A stretch of 64,000 nucleotides of DNA from an uncultured Desulfobacter sp. (GTDB taxonomy: Bacteria; Desulfobacterota; Desulfobacteria; Desulfobacterales; Desulfobacteraceae). Where the stretch lies: positions 2,816,001-2,880,000 of the forward strand of contig OY762069.1 in the NCBI GenBank assembly GCA_963665095.1. The letters run 5' to 3'. The position numbers and the translations under genes were made by a program. The notes beneath the pieces are model-generated. The model worked only from the letters and a program-made list of their open reading frames with translations, had not been told where the DNA came from and did not search any database. Below are positions 30,683 to 41,539 of this stretch, one piece after another; the first letter of the stretch is position 1; every line of letters begins with the position of its first letter.

Positions 30683-31405
30683 ATGACAGCCATTTGTATC
30701 GTACTGGGCCTGGCCTGCCTGCTGATTTTTCTTTCATTAAGAGATAAAGACGGCAGTTCCGGGGCGGCCATGGTAAAAAGCTTTGCCAGCCTGTTTTTCA
30801 TTGCAACCGCCCTGGCTGCCATTGCCGAAAACCAGGGAGGGTTCCGCCCCGACCACCTTGAACCGGTGCTCCTGATAATAATGGGACTTACACTGGGTCT
30901 GGTGGGTGACATCATGCTTGATTTCAAAATTGTGTATCAAACAAATATTAAGGACAGCGACACATACACCTGGGCCGGCATGGCTGTCTTCGGAATCGGA
31001 CACATCTTATTCATTGCTGCGGTGGCCATGCTTTATGGGTTCAGTGCCCCGGCACTGCTGGCCGGCATGCTCCTTAATGGCGTTATATTCGGCATCTCCA
31101 GATGGGCCATGAAAATGGATTTCGGAAAATGGTATACCCCAAGCCTTTTGTACGGCTTTCTGCTTTCCATATTCATGTGCCAGGTGATTGCCGCATGCAT
31201 CCGGATCCGGCCCCTGGGAGCCGGCCTTATGTTTCTTCTGGCCGGTTCCGTCCTTTTTCTCCTGTCCGATCTTGTCCTGTCCATGACATACTTCCAGGCA
31301 AAGGACAGCAAGGCCATGATCGTTGTCAATCATCTGCTTTACTATTTTGCCCAGTTTGCCATTGCCGTATCTTTGAAATACACGCCGGTGTTTTTAGCAT
31401 CCTAA
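30683..31405 (+). CDS. YhhN/lysoplasmalogenase-family membrane protein
   Basis: GLVGDIML, FGIGHILF, LFLLSDLVL, LYYFAQFAIA motifs. Confidence 0.8.
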   Translation: MTAICIVLGLACLLIFLSLRDKDGSSGAAMVKSFASLFFIATALAAIAENQGGFRPDHLEPVLLIIMGLTLGLVGDIMLDFKIVYQTNIKDSDTYTWAGMAVFGIGHILFIAAVAMLYGFSAPALLAGMLLNGVIFGISRWAMKMDFGKWYTPSLLYGFLLSIFMCQVIAACIRIRPLGAGLMFLLAGSVLFLLSDLVLSMTYFQAKDSKAMIVVNHLLYYFAQFAIAVSLKYTPVFLAS

Positions 31406-31604
31406 ACATCAACCGGATTTCTGTGAGCTCAAAAGCTTTTTCACCCACATTGACGTGTGTTCCCGCCATTCAGGTTCATATTCGATATGTCACGCTTCCG
31501 GAGTATTCCCTTACTGACGGGCAACAAGTAATGAAAATAAATCTTACGGCCCGCTCCATAGGTGCCGCCGGCACCAGGAGCAGGACCATAAATTGGAACT
31601 TTTC

Positions 31605-33212
31605 TTACCAGCAGTCAACAAATGGAAGATATTGATCTTTGTTTGTTTTTACCGGAACTGAGGCCAGCCCCCGAAGGATCCATGCCCGGGTGTCGGCCGG
31701 GTCAATAACGGCATCTAATTCCATGTGGGAGGCGACATTAATGGCTTTCCCCCGCTCATACATGGAATCGACCAGTTGTGTATACCGGGCCTCCCGGGCC
31801 TTTTCATCCTCAATGGCTTCCAGCTCTTTCCTAAAACCGCTCTTGACCGCCCCCTCAATCCCCATGGCGCCAAACTCCCCGGACGGCCAGGCGATTGTGA
31901 AAAAAGATTCGTGAAATCCGCCCCGGGCCATGGCCATGGCGCCAAGGCCGTATCCCCTGCGCAGCACCACACTGAAATAGGGTACTGTTAAATGCGATCC
32001 CACAACAAACATCCGGCAGACATGACGCACCTGAGCCCGCTGTTCCATGTTCGGGCCCACCATGAACCCCGGGGTATCAATTAAAGAGAGAATCGGAAGG
32101 CCATGGGCATTGCAAAGCTGCATCAGACGGGCGGCTTTATCGGCAGATTCCGCTTCAATAGCACCGGCCATGCGCATGCAGTTATTGGCAATCAGGCCAA
32201 AGGCCTTCCCTTTGATGCGCACCAGTCCGGTAATGATACCCTTTCCGAAGTCCGGCCTCAGCTCAAGAAATGATCCTGTGTCCGCCATGGTATTAATGAT
32301 CTTTCTAACGTCATAGGTTCGCCGCCGGTTGGCCGGAATCAAATCCCGCAGCAGGGATTGGTCATCTGCCTCCCACTCAGCAACGTCTCCCTGGAAATAG
32401 GACAGGTATTGCTTGGCCGTTGCCACGGCCTGGGCTTCATCCGCCACCGTGATGTCAACCACACCATTTTTAGACTGCACATCAATGGGTCCGATCTCCT
32501 CCGGCCGGAAACGCCCAAGCCCCCCGCCTTCGACCATGACAGGCCCGCCCATGCCGATATTGGCGTTTCTGGTGGCGATGATGACATCGCAGCAGCCTAG
32601 CAGGGCAGCATTGCCGGCAAAGCAGTACCCCGAAACAATCCCGACCATCGGCACCTTCCCGCTCAAACCGCCGAATCTGCCAAAGGTGGATAAATCCAGA
32701 CCGGTAATCATGACGCCGGCCGCATCAACATCCCCGGGCCTGCCGCCACCCCCTTCGGCAAAATAGACCAGGGGCAGGCGTTGCTCATGGGTCAGCTCCA
32801 GCATCCGGTCTATTTTTTTGTGATTGAAAAAGCCCTGGGTCCCGGCCAGCACCGTATAATCATATGCCAACACCATACAGCGGGCACTTTCTTCATCAAA
32901 CAAAGCGGCATTGACCGTTCCAATGCCAGTTATCAGGCCGTCAGCCGGCGTGTTTTCCACAAGATCCTCAAGCGACCGCCGCTGTCGCTGTGCGGCAATA
33001 TTGAGTGCACCATATTCAATAAAACTGCCTGCATCACAAAGATCCAGCACATTCCGGCGCGCCGTCCGCTGCTGCTTTTGTGTCCTTTTTTCCACTGCCC
33101 TGGGCCTGTTTTCATCCAAACCAAAGGAGAGCCGCTGGGTCAGTTCCGACAGGATGGGGTGAACGGGTGAGTCTTCAGTATCTGTATTCTGATTGTCTTT
33201 TGCGTTTTCCAT
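31605..33212 (-). CDS. Acyl-CoA carboxyltransferase-domain protein
   Basis: YDYTVLAGTQG, EGGGGRPGD, CFAGNAAL, DTPGFMVGP, VIDPADTR. Confidence 0.9.
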   Translation of the reverse strand: MENAKDNQNTDTEDSPVHPILSELTQRLSFGLDENRPRAVEKRTQKQQRTARRNVLDLCDAGSFIEYGALNIAAQRQRRSLEDLVENTPADGLITGIGTVNAALFDEESARCMVLAYDYTVLAGTQGFFNHKKIDRMLELTHEQRLPLVYFAEGGGGRPGDVDAAGVMITGLDLSTFGRFGGLSGKVPMVGIVSGYCFAGNAALLGCCDVIIATRNANIGMGGPVMVEGGGLGRFRPEEIGPIDVQSKNGVVDITVADEAQAVATAKQYLSYFQGDVAEWEADDQSLLRDLIPANRRRTYDVRKIINTMADTGSFLELRPDFGKGIITGLVRIKGKAFGLIANNCMRMAGAIEAESADKAARLMQLCNAHGLPILSLIDTPGFMVGPNMEQRAQVRHVCRMFVVGSHLTVPYFSVVLRRGYGLGAMAMARGGFHESFFTIAWPSGEFGAMGIEGAVKSGFRKELEAIEDEKAREARYTQLVDSMYERGKAINVASHMELDAVIDPADTRAWILRGLASVPVKTNKDQYLPFVDCW

Positions 33213-33252
33213 TTGGGTGTTTCCTTTGATTATAAATGATTATAAAAACCGG

Positions 33253-34923
33253 TTATTTTTTTTCAGCTTCCTCATCCCTGAGTATTCTGCGCAACAATTT
33301 TACCCCCTGTTTGGGGAGCTCTTTTCTGAATTCAATGTATACCGGAACCTTGTGGGATGACATGCTTTTTTTCGACCAGGCGATTATTTCCTCAGGTGTG
33401 ATCTTCTCTTCAAATTCCGGTTTAAGAATAATAAAGGACTTGATGACTTCACCTTTTTTGGGGTCGTGGACCGGGATGACCGCGTTTTCCAGTACGGCCG
33501 GGTGCTGATTGATTAAGGCCTCAACCTCCTCGGGAAAGACCGAAAAGCCGGACACCTTGATCATCTCCTTGTATCTTCCAAGCCAGTACAGATATCCGTC
33601 TTCATCAAACTTGCCGACATCTCCGGTATAGACCCATCCGTCGATCAGGGTTGTGGCAGTCTGTTCCGGATTATTCCAATAGCCCTTCATGCAACCTGGA
33701 TTACGAACCACAATTTCCCCTTGTGAGCCAATGGGCAGCTCCTTGCTCTTGTCATCGAAATCCACAATTTTGAACTCTTCCTCAAAACTGGGGATGCCCA
33801 TGGTGCCATATTTAATTTTCTGGCGGGGACAAAACGTATCCAGGGTATGTGTTTCACTCAGACCGTATGCGCCTTCTAAAAGCAGGCAGCCCTTGGTAAA
33901 GGTTTCCCAGTTTTTTGAAATTTTCTCATCCAGGGAGACGACAAAAGAGGTGCACATGTTCAGTTTCAAGCTGCTCAAATCAAAGGCAGATGCCTTTGGA
34001 TGTCCCATAACCGCAAGATTCATGGGAACCGCGCTGTACCACTCTGTTGCTTTGTAGGTATCAATGGCCTGGAGTACGGATAAGGGATCAAACTGGGTTA
34101 AAAGAATATTGGTGGCGCCCTTCAGTACCGGTCCTACCAGGAACAGCATCCCGGCAATATTAAAAAAGGGCATGGTTGTAAGTACACGGCTGTCACCGGT
34201 GATGTTCATAATGGTGTTTGCGGCACAGGGTTTATACAGGTGTGCAAAATGACTTAACATCGCGCCTTTGGGAAGACCGGAGGTGCCGCCGGTGTATTCA
34301 AACAAGGCAATGTCATTGTCCATGTCAATCGCCACCTCAGGCAGAAAGGCGCCATGGAACTCTGACAATGCCTCAACAAAATCTTTGGTTCCCGGGATTT
34401 CCTGTTTTGGAATTTTCATGTAATCCATGACTTTCAGGGCCGGCTCTTCGGGCAGGTAGTCATTGAAATTGGTTGTCACCACGGAGAGAAGGGTGGGCAT
34501 CTCTTTCAAGACCGCACCGACGATGGGCATGAAAATATCCAGGGTAAGCAGGCATTTCATTCCCGCATCATTGACTTCATAGGAGAGTTCCCGCTCCTTA
34601 AACAGAGGAGAACAGGGACATACGATCCCGCCCATCTTCTGGATGCCGAAATGCGCAATAATATATTGCGGACAGTTGCCCATGAACAGGCCAACCCGGT
34701 CTCCTTTCCTGAGACCTGTCTCCATGAGGTAACCGGCAAAGCTGTCCGAGGCCTCATCCAGCTCCTTATAGGTAATTTCCCGGCCATAGTTTATAATAGC
34801 TGCCTTATCCGGAGTGCGGGCTGCATGAATTCTAAGGTACTCAAAAATTGGGATCCTGCCCTCTGGGAAGTCTACGGTGCGGGGCATGTTTTCGGGCCAG
34901 TGTTTCATCCAGATTTTTTCCAT
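33253..34923 (-). CDS. Long-chain acyl-CoA synthetase (AMP-binding)
   Basis: YTGGTSGLPKG, YGLSET, TGDVGKFDEDGY, GRYKEMIKVSG. Confidence 0.93.
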   Translation of the reverse strand: MEKIWMKHWPENMPRTVDFPEGRIPIFEYLRIHAARTPDKAAIINYGREITYKELDEASDSFAGYLMETGLRKGDRVGLFMGNCPQYIIAHFGIQKMGGIVCPCSPLFKERELSYEVNDAGMKCLLTLDIFMPIVGAVLKEMPTLLSVVTTNFNDYLPEEPALKVMDYMKIPKQEIPGTKDFVEALSEFHGAFLPEVAIDMDNDIALFEYTGGTSGLPKGAMLSHFAHLYKPCAANTIMNITGDSRVLTTMPFFNIAGMLFLVGPVLKGATNILLTQFDPLSVLQAIDTYKATEWYSAVPMNLAVMGHPKASAFDLSSLKLNMCTSFVVSLDEKISKNWETFTKGCLLLEGAYGLSETHTLDTFCPRQKIKYGTMGIPSFEEEFKIVDFDDKSKELPIGSQGEIVVRNPGCMKGYWNNPEQTATTLIDGWVYTGDVGKFDEDGYLYWLGRYKEMIKVSGFSVFPEEVEALINQHPAVLENAVIPVHDPKKGEVIKSFIILKPEFEEKITPEEIIAWSKKSMSSHKVPVYIEFRKELPKQGVKLLRRILRDEEAEKK

Positions 34924-35035
34924 AATTTTTCTCCTCGTTTTAAGAAATCATTCCAGATACAAAATAACAGCCGTGCCTGGGCAACGCCTTTGATAAAAAT
35001 ATAAAGGCATCAGCCAGGAATTCCCTGCCTGTTTG

Positions 35036-35051
35036 AGCAAAAAATATGCCA
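35036..35051 (-). promoter_or_regulatory. Sigma54 promoter of the acyl-CoA ligase operon
   Basis: Minus strand TGGCATA-TTTT-TTGCT, with a divergent EBP gene adjacent. Confidence 0.8.
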
Positions 35052-35227
35052 TCTGTTAACACCTTGCTGGCCATCCACGGCGGCTGGATGGCTGGGGAAA
35101 AACCCAACAGGCGTTGTATAGGCGATATCCCGCAGAAAAAAGCGACATAAACCAATATCGCAGAAGGTATGATGATGGTGGATATAGACTTGCCTTCACC
35201 TCCAAGGATTGGTAAACATCACAGGAA

Positions 35228-36853
35228 TTGCCCGACATGACACCAAACCTGATAATATTGCTGAGTGATAACAAACCCATGAAAGAAGATATGGACAGAC
35301 AGGTTGAATTCGAACGGCTGCTGTTTGAGATTTCATCCAAATTTGTGAACCTGCCCGGGGCTGAAGTGGACAGGGAGATAAATGATGCACTCAAAGCTGT
35401 AGTCGAGTTTCTTGATGTTGACCAAAGCGTTTTTGGCGAATTCAAGGGAGATGGCGGGACCTTGAAAATAATTCGCGGATATACCTCGACCAGGTGGCAG
35501 GAGAGCAGAGGACTGATGCTCAATGACATTGCACCCAATTTTACCCGGGATCTGCAGGTCCATGAGGTAGTCAACCTGTCCCGGCTGCCGGATCACCTGC
35601 CCGGGGCGTGGAACCAAGAAAGAGAATACGTCAAACGGGTGGGACTGAAATCCTGTGTCGGCATAGGCCTTAAGGCGGGCGGATCGTTATTGGGTGTGAT
35701 TATTTTTGAATCCTATGAAACCTATCAGCATTGGACAGACCGGGTTATTCAGCAGATAAGGCTGCTTGCACAGGTTTTCGCCAATGCCATGGAACGCAGG
35801 GTGGCAGACATGAAACTGCGGCAGGCGTTCAGTAAAATCAAGGACCTTTCAGAACGGTTAAAGGCGGAAAACAGGTATTTATGGGAAACCATCAGCGCTA
35901 CTGGCCGCTATAAGGACATTGTCGGTCGCAGCAGAGGGATTCAGCATGTGCTGGGAAAAATAGAGCAGGTCTCCCGCACCGAATCCACCGTGCTTTTTCT
36001 TGGGGAGACCGGCACCGGCAAGACCCTTCTTTCGCGACTGGTACATCAGCTGAGCCCCAGGAAAAACAAGACCATGCTGACGGTAAATTGTGCAACCCTG
36101 CCGGCGAATCTTCTGGAAAGCGAATTATTCGGCCATGAAAAAGGGGCTTTTACCGGTGCGATATCCAGAAAAATCGGCCGGTTTGAAATCGCAGACGGAT
36201 CCACCCTGTTTCTGGATGAAATTGGAGAGCTGCCCCTTGATCAGCAGGCAAAATTATTAAAAGTCCTTGATGACGGCGAATTTGAACGGCTGGGAAACGC
36301 AACGCCCATCAAGGTGGATGTCCGCATTGTTGCGGCCTCCAACCGGGACCTTGCCAAAATGGTAAAAGAGGGAAAATTCAGACAGGACCTGTACTATCGC
36401 CTGAATGTATACCCCATTCAGGTGCCTCCGCTCAGAGAACGCAGGGAAGATATCCCAGATCTGGTATGGGTATTTGTCAGGGAATTCTGCAAAACCATGG
36501 GAAAAAACATCAGCATCATCCCCCAAAAAGACCTGGACGTCATTGTCCGTCACCCATGGCCCGGCAATATCCGGGAGTTAAGAAACGTAGTGGAAAACGC
36601 CATGATATCCAACAGTCAGGACACATTGCACCTTTCTGTGCCAAAGCCTGTGATGCCCGGTAACACGGACAGCCTGACCTTTGCCGAGATGCAGCGCCGC
36701 CATATTACAAAAATATTAAAAACAACACGGGGACGGATTAAAGGACCGGGAGGCGCTGCGGACCTCCTTTACCTCAAACCATCCACCCTGTATTCCAAAA
36801 TGAAGCGGTTAGGCATTCCTTTTCCCGGAAAAAACCAGGGGAATTTTTCCTGA
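35228..36853 (+). CDS. GAF-domain sigma54 activator (FhlA-like); true start may be ATG at 35279
   Basis: GAF domain, [49 protein letters not shown]. Confidence 0.94.
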   Translation: MPDMTPNLIILLSDNKPMKEDMDRQVEFERLLFEISSKFVNLPGAEVDREINDALKAVVEFLDVDQSVFGEFKGDGGTLKIIRGYTSTRWQESRGLMLNDIAPNFTRDLQVHEVVNLSRLPDHLPGAWNQEREYVKRVGLKSCVGIGLKAGGSLLGVIIFESYETYQHWTDRVIQQIRLLAQVFANAMERRVADMKLRQAFSKIKDLSERLKAENRYLWETISATGRYKDIVGRSRGIQHVLGKIEQVSRTESTVLFLGETGTGKTLLSRLVHQLSPRKNKTMLTVNCATLPANLLESELFGHEKGAFTGAISRKIGRFEIADGSTLFLDEIGELPLDQQAKLLKVLDDGEFERLGNATPIKVDVRIVAASNRDLAKMVKEGKFRQDLYYRLNVYPIQVPPLRERREDIPDLVWVFVREFCKTMGKNISIIPQKDLDVIVRHPWPGNIRELRNVVENAMISNSQDTLHLSVPKPVMPGNTDSLTFAEMQRRHITKILKTTRGRIKGPGGAADLLYLKPSTLYSKMKRLGIPFPGKNQGNFS

Positions 36854-37273
36854 CGCAACCCATATCTTAAAAGATAATCCGCGCAAAAGGACGTTATTTC
36901 GCCCCCAATTTTTAAAACCCTTTCCCGGTCTCCCTGCTCAAAAGCCTTCTGGATTCTGCGGCGTCAAGGATACCGGGCTATTTGATCTCCAATATACATT
37001 TCAGGCCGGCCGGTTGTTTCTTCCGCCCATACCAATGGATTTCACATTGGGACGATATTTCAACCCGGGTTCTTAATTTCGTCCTGCCGATTGCACGCCG
37101 GGTCAAAGATTATTGTTGTTGCCACATCAACAATCTGCGTTGCATCAATATCAAGCAAAATACTGAAAACCGATATCATTTTGTATTTGCCGGATCTCCT
37201 CAAGGCTGCGGCCACCGCCATGGCGCATGAACACAAGTGATTCGATAAACTTGCAAAATGAGGAAGGGTGAGG

Positions 37274-38455
37274 CTATCCGGATAATGAAGACAAAAAGGC
37301 TTTCAAACCGATTTTCCCGTTCAGAATGCCAACTTTTTTTCGGATCTGGGCCCTGTGGGTATTCACTGTACTTAGGGCAATCCCCATGATATCGGCAATC
37401 TCTTTTGTTGTTTTTCCGGACCTGATGTGATTGGCGACCTGTATCTGTGTGCCGGTAAGCTGCAGGTGTTTTAAATTCTTTGAGAAGGATGAACAGACAT
37501 TGGCCATTGCAGTTTTTACTTCATCAATAAGGACCTTTCCGGTATCAGATGCGTCTATGGACAGTTCATCAAGAAGGGGAAACACAAGGGCATGCAGATT
37601 GTCTATCACCTTACCTTCAAGATTGATTTTATCTGTCTCCCTTTTTTTAAGCAGAACTTTAAGGGCGGTATTGGTATCTGAGATCTCAGCCTTCTGGGTT
37701 GATAAGGCCAGTTCCGCCTTTTTGAATCTGGAAATATCCTGGGTGATTCCCATTATTCCTAAAACTTTTCCATCAATGGTGATGGGTGAAATCGTGCTTT
37801 CAAAATACTGTTTTTCACTGCTTTCCCCGGCGGTGTAAATACTGCGGACAACCTGGCCGTTTAAACTTTTGACAGCCTGTTCCTTCCATACGGATTGAAG
37901 TGTCTGACAAATTTTAAGATCCTCAATCCGCTTCCCTATCACGTTTCCCCATTTGTCCCGGCTGTGCCTGTTTTGAAATACATACCGAAGGCATTCATCC
38001 ATGGCCCAGAAGTCAAAGGCAAAATTATTGATCAGGTTGGATACCGAAATATTCATCCCCTCATTTTCTTTGATTCTGAAGAAAAGCCCTGTTGAAGCAA
38101 AGGCCTGCATGATCATAATCTGCTGATGAAGCAGGGCTTTTGAAAACGGTCTTTGCACAAAACCTATGCTCCCCGGGACAAGCAAACTCTCAAACCGGGG
38201 AAGCCTTGAAATTTTTCCGCAAAAAATGATTTGAGGAAACGATGCTTTTTGTAATTGGCTGCAGAGATCGGCTATGGATTCCGCCCCGGTCAGCGCCACG
38301 GCATCAACATCCACTATGGCCAGTTGGGAATGACTATCACCAACGGTTATTTCCAGTGGAAAATTCAAAGGTTTAACTTTAAACCCAACAGGTATTGTAT
38401 TTTCAATTTCACTGTGAAAAATATTTGAACTGCTGATGGAAGAAATCGTTTTCAT
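37274..38455 (-). CDS. LuxR-family regulator with degenerate receiver-like and PAS domains
   Basis: PAS/PAC (GITQDIS) and C-terminal GKTTKEIADIMGIALSTVNTHRAQIRKK. Confidence 0.88.
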   Translation of the reverse strand: MKTISSISSSNIFHSEIENTIPVGFKVKPLNFPLEITVGDSHSQLAIVDVDAVALTGAESIADLCSQLQKASFPQIIFCGKISRLPRFESLLVPGSIGFVQRPFSKALLHQQIMIMQAFASTGLFFRIKENEGMNISVSNLINNFAFDFWAMDECLRYVFQNRHSRDKWGNVIGKRIEDLKICQTLQSVWKEQAVKSLNGQVVRSIYTAGESSEKQYFESTISPITIDGKVLGIMGITQDISRFKKAELALSTQKAEISDTNTALKVLLKKRETDKINLEGKVIDNLHALVFPLLDELSIDASDTGKVLIDEVKTAMANVCSSFSKNLKHLQLTGTQIQVANHIRSGKTTKEIADIMGIALSTVNTHRAQIRKKVGILNGKIGLKAFLSSLSG

Positions 38456-38936
38456 GGGGTAAGGCTCCTGTTCGGTAGTAGCAAACTGTTACTCAGATCA
38501 AATCCGCGTGACAAAATCCCATCATTAAACACGTTGCTGCAAAAAACGAATTTTTTAACTCCATGCACAATAACAAATGCGGTAGAGCCCTAATCATACA
38601 CCAATAAAAATCTCACATGATTAGTTCAACTCTCTTACCTCTAAGAATATTGGAAAGTCAACGAATTCAGGAAAAAATCACCAACATTAAAGGCCCGAAG
38701 GACACCCCATCCCCAGGTAAGGCCCAGGTATTCAGAGTGCAGGAGTCGGTTTAAATCTATCTTTGTCTCCTTTATCCTGATCACCTTTTGCCATCTCTCT
38801 GCGTAAACAATAATGATTTTTCCTCCTTATTTTATCAGCACTCTTTCAATATTTCCGTAACTGCAAAATTGTGTTTAGATTCTTTTTTGGCAAATGCAGA
38901 AATTCAAAAAAACTCTAACTCAACAGGAAGGCTTTA

Positions 38937-39524
38937 ATGAAAAACTTGTCAAAAAAGAATCTAGTATTAGTTGTCTGTGCCGCGGCGTTAATTCTTTTAT
39001 CCGGCTGTGTCAGCGGACAAATGATGAAACCAGCAGAAATGATATCCTTGGCCCGGACAGATGACGTTCTGGTAACCGTGGTACGCCCGCAGACCTTTGT
39101 CGGTGCGGCCATCAGCAGCTCCATCTGGGATTCCGACAAACTGGTCGGCGCCATCAGTGGCGGTCAGTACGTACAATACCAGACTGCACCGGGCAAACAC
39201 GTGTTTCTGTCCCGGGCGGAAAACTGGTCCTATCTAAGCGCTGAATTTTTACCAGGCAAACACTATGTTATCCGGGCTGACGTCTTCCCCGGGGTCTGGA
39301 AAGCCAGAATTGCCCTCAATACAATTGATAAATCCGATCCAGACTACAAGAAAACTGTGGATAGCTGGCTTAAAAAATTAAAACCAATGCAGCTGGATAC
39401 CGAAAAATCAGATGAATACGCGGCAAAGCGATTGAATGAAGTGAAGCAGGCCATTCAGGATTTTGAAGACGGGAAAGTAAAATTTAGTTCTCTTCTACCG
39501 GAAGATTTCGTAGCAATTCAATAA
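38937..39524 (+). CDS. Hypothetical lipoprotein
   Basis: Lipobox LSGC after a positively charged and hydrophobic signal. Confidence 0.8.
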   Translation: MKNLSKKNLVLVVCAAALILLSGCVSGQMMKPAEMISLARTDDVLVTVVRPQTFVGAAISSSIWDSDKLVGAISGGQYVQYQTAPGKHVFLSRAENWSYLSAEFLPGKHYVIRADVFPGVWKARIALNTIDKSDPDYKKTVDSWLKKLKPMQLDTEKSDEYAAKRLNEVKQAIQDFEDGKVKFSSLLPEDFVAIQ

Positions 39525-39596
39525 CGAATGCGAATGCCCGCACAGCCGGCATCCGGCAGGGCAAAGCGCAGGCCGTCCCACCACGGCATGAAGATT

Positions 39597-39642
39597 CCAT
39601 CCCCCCTGGATAATCAGACTCCTGATGATCCAGGGGGGATGG
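39597..39642. terminator. Strong hairpin / possible terminator downstream of the lipoprotein gene
   Basis: Perfect 15-bp IR CCATCCCCCCTGGAT / ATCCAGGGGGGATGG with an inner ATCAG/CTGAT stem. Confidence 0.55.
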
Positions 39643-39829
39643 TCGTTTTATCAAACGCGATGGAAAATTCGCATAAACAGTAGCCTCGAACCTTTGAACC
39701 TGTGACCCTCCTGTTGACCTGAGAACAGCATTGTAAAAAACGCTGTCTAAGCAAGAAGCCATGGTTGCTTTTCCCTTAATTTTATATAAAATACCCGACC
39801 AGTGCACAGTTTTTGAAAGGTTTATATTG

Positions 39830-40042
39830 ATGATCATTGACGCTCACACGCATATCTACCCTGATGATGTGGCATACAAAGCACTCAATACGGTAATGGA
39901 AAATGGCAACGGACTTGTGAATATCCATACTGACGGGACACACAGCGGCCTTCCTGTATCGATGAACAGGGCAGGTATTGACTACTCAATTGTACTTCCT
40001 GTGGCCACCGGTAGTTATCTGAAAAATAGAGTCACAACTTAA
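39830..40042 (+). pseudogene. Truncated amidohydrolase-family gene (N-terminal ~60 aa only)
   Basis: MIIDAHTHIYP...GT..GL..SMNRAGIDYSIVLPVAT, then a stop at 70 aa. The family is normally about 250-300 aa. Confidence 0.8.
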
Positions 40043-40051
40043 AACGGAGAC

Positions 40052-41494
40052 TTGTATTTGGTAAAGCAGACATTTATTCGCAGGTGTATAACGGAAACCA
40101 TAGAAGGGTTAAGAGACGGTCTGACTCATTTTTCCGGGCCGAGCCGGGCAGCAGTAATCTACGCCATTACCCCTGACGACCCCATCCATATCTTTGATCC
40201 CCAGAATCTTCTATGCGGCCACGAACCGAAATTCAAAGAGTTGTATCTTGATTCGGATGACTGGCGAAAAAAGGACACCGTTAAATATGACAAAAAGAAA
40301 TTCAGCGAACTGATTCCTGAAAAGAACCTCGGGCTTGCCGGATTAATATCCTATGGCGGGCGATCAAGCTCAGTTCTTTACCAGATGTGGTTTACCGACC
40401 ACCAGCCGGACATATGTTCCATCGGCCCAACTGAATGCTGGCTGGAACATGCTGTGTACCGATTCTCCCATGACATCGCCAATGAAGAAGAGTTGTACAC
40501 CGGCATTTCCGGCGGCTTTTTAAAAGAGTATGCCACCCATGCGGTCAGGGACTATATTGTGGATGAAATGAATGTCCTGATTGGTTGGGATACCAGAATC
40601 CGGGTTTACCCGATTTTAGAGACAGTGCTTAAAATATCAAGGACGCCTGAAGAGGGAGAATGGCCCAAGGGCAAGCTGATTTTTGTGGAAAAAGGATCCA
40701 TTTCCAAAATAAATTTCATTTTAGAACTTCCTGAGGCAGAACGCCCTGACCTGGACAATGTCAAGCATATCAGAAAGCTGCTTCAGTCAGTTGAAAATTC
40801 AGATTTAAAATTGGTTGCCGCTGAAAATACAATCATTGGCATCACTAAGGAAGATCCTCCAAATTTTTTTATCTCAGTCGACTTTAAAGGCCGGTACGGT
40901 TTTCTGGCACTCAACAACAAGCAGGTGTGCTCTTTTTCCGATGGCAGTTTTAAATCCACCACCCATAAAGCAAAGCTGGTGCAGGTGGAAGAGACATTAA
41001 TGGACTTTGATCTGGATGCTGAAAATGTAACGGATCTATTCAAAATCATAACCGGGATCGTTCACAGTGCCGCAAGCCTTCGGCATGGCTGCAGCATTGT
41101 AATTGACATGAACGAGACACCGGTTTTTATCATGGGCCATTCACTCCTGCACCCGCTGGATCTGAAGGATGAGGAAAACTATAATCTGGCCAAATCCCTT
41201 TCAAAGGTGGATGGAGCCCTGCATATCGGGGCTGATTTAAAACTGCACGGATTTGCCTGCCTCCTGGAAGGCAGTTATGTAACCGGTGAAAACCGGGCAC
41301 GGGGTGCCCGGTTTAATTCAGCGCTGCGGTTCACAGCGGAACACGAAAATATTCTTGTGATCGTGGTTTCCTCTGACACCCCGGTCTCGGTCATGATGGG
41401 CGGTGTAGTGCTTGAAACCAAATGGAAACGGGAGACATCTCTGATCTGCAACATCCCCGTCCCTCTGCAGGAATGGGTGGCTAAAACCAAATAA
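40052..41494 (+). CDS. DisA_N/diadenylate-cyclase-domain protein with long N-terminal sensor region
   Basis: C-terminal HGCSIVID, SKVDGALH (DGA motif), RGARFNSALRF (RHR position), IVVSSD. Start codon uncertain. Confidence 0.82.
   Translation: MYLVKQTFIRRCITETIEGLRDGLTHFSGPSRAAVIYAITPDDPIHIFDPQNLLCGHEPKFKELYLDSDDWRKKDTVKYDKKKFSELIPEKNLGLAGLISYGGRSSSVLYQMWFTDHQPDICSIGPTECWLEHAVYRFSHDIANEEELYTGISGGFLKEYATHAVRDYIVDEMNVLIGWDTRIRVYPILETVLKISRTPEEGEWPKGKLIFVEKGSISKINFILELPEAERPDLDNVKHIRKLLQSVENSDLKLVAAENTIIGITKEDPPNFFISVDFKGRYGFLALNNKQVCSFSDGSFKSTTHKAKLVQVEETLMDFDLDAENVTDLFKIITGIVHSAASLRHGCSIVIDMNETPVFIMGHSLLHPLDLKDEENYNLAKSLSKVDGALHIGADLKLHGFACLLEGSYVTGENRARGARFNSALRFTAEHENILVIVVSSDTPVSVMMGGVVLETKWKRETSLICNIPVPLQEWVAKTK
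41121..41494 (+). repeat. 374-bp direct repeat, copy 1 (3' end of the DAC-domain gene)
   Basis: Begins CGGTTTTTATCATGGGCC and ends GCTAAAACCAAATAA. Near-identical to 48103-48476. Confidence 0.95.
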
Positions 41495-41539
41495 GAATGT
41501 TGCCCGTTATTCTCCGTGATAGCCGGCATGCCCTGGGGG

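Noticed and set aside
31406..31604. Possible gene remnant between yhhN and the carboxyltransferase
   Set aside because: Short protein-like stretches exist on the minus strand, but I could not assign them to any family.
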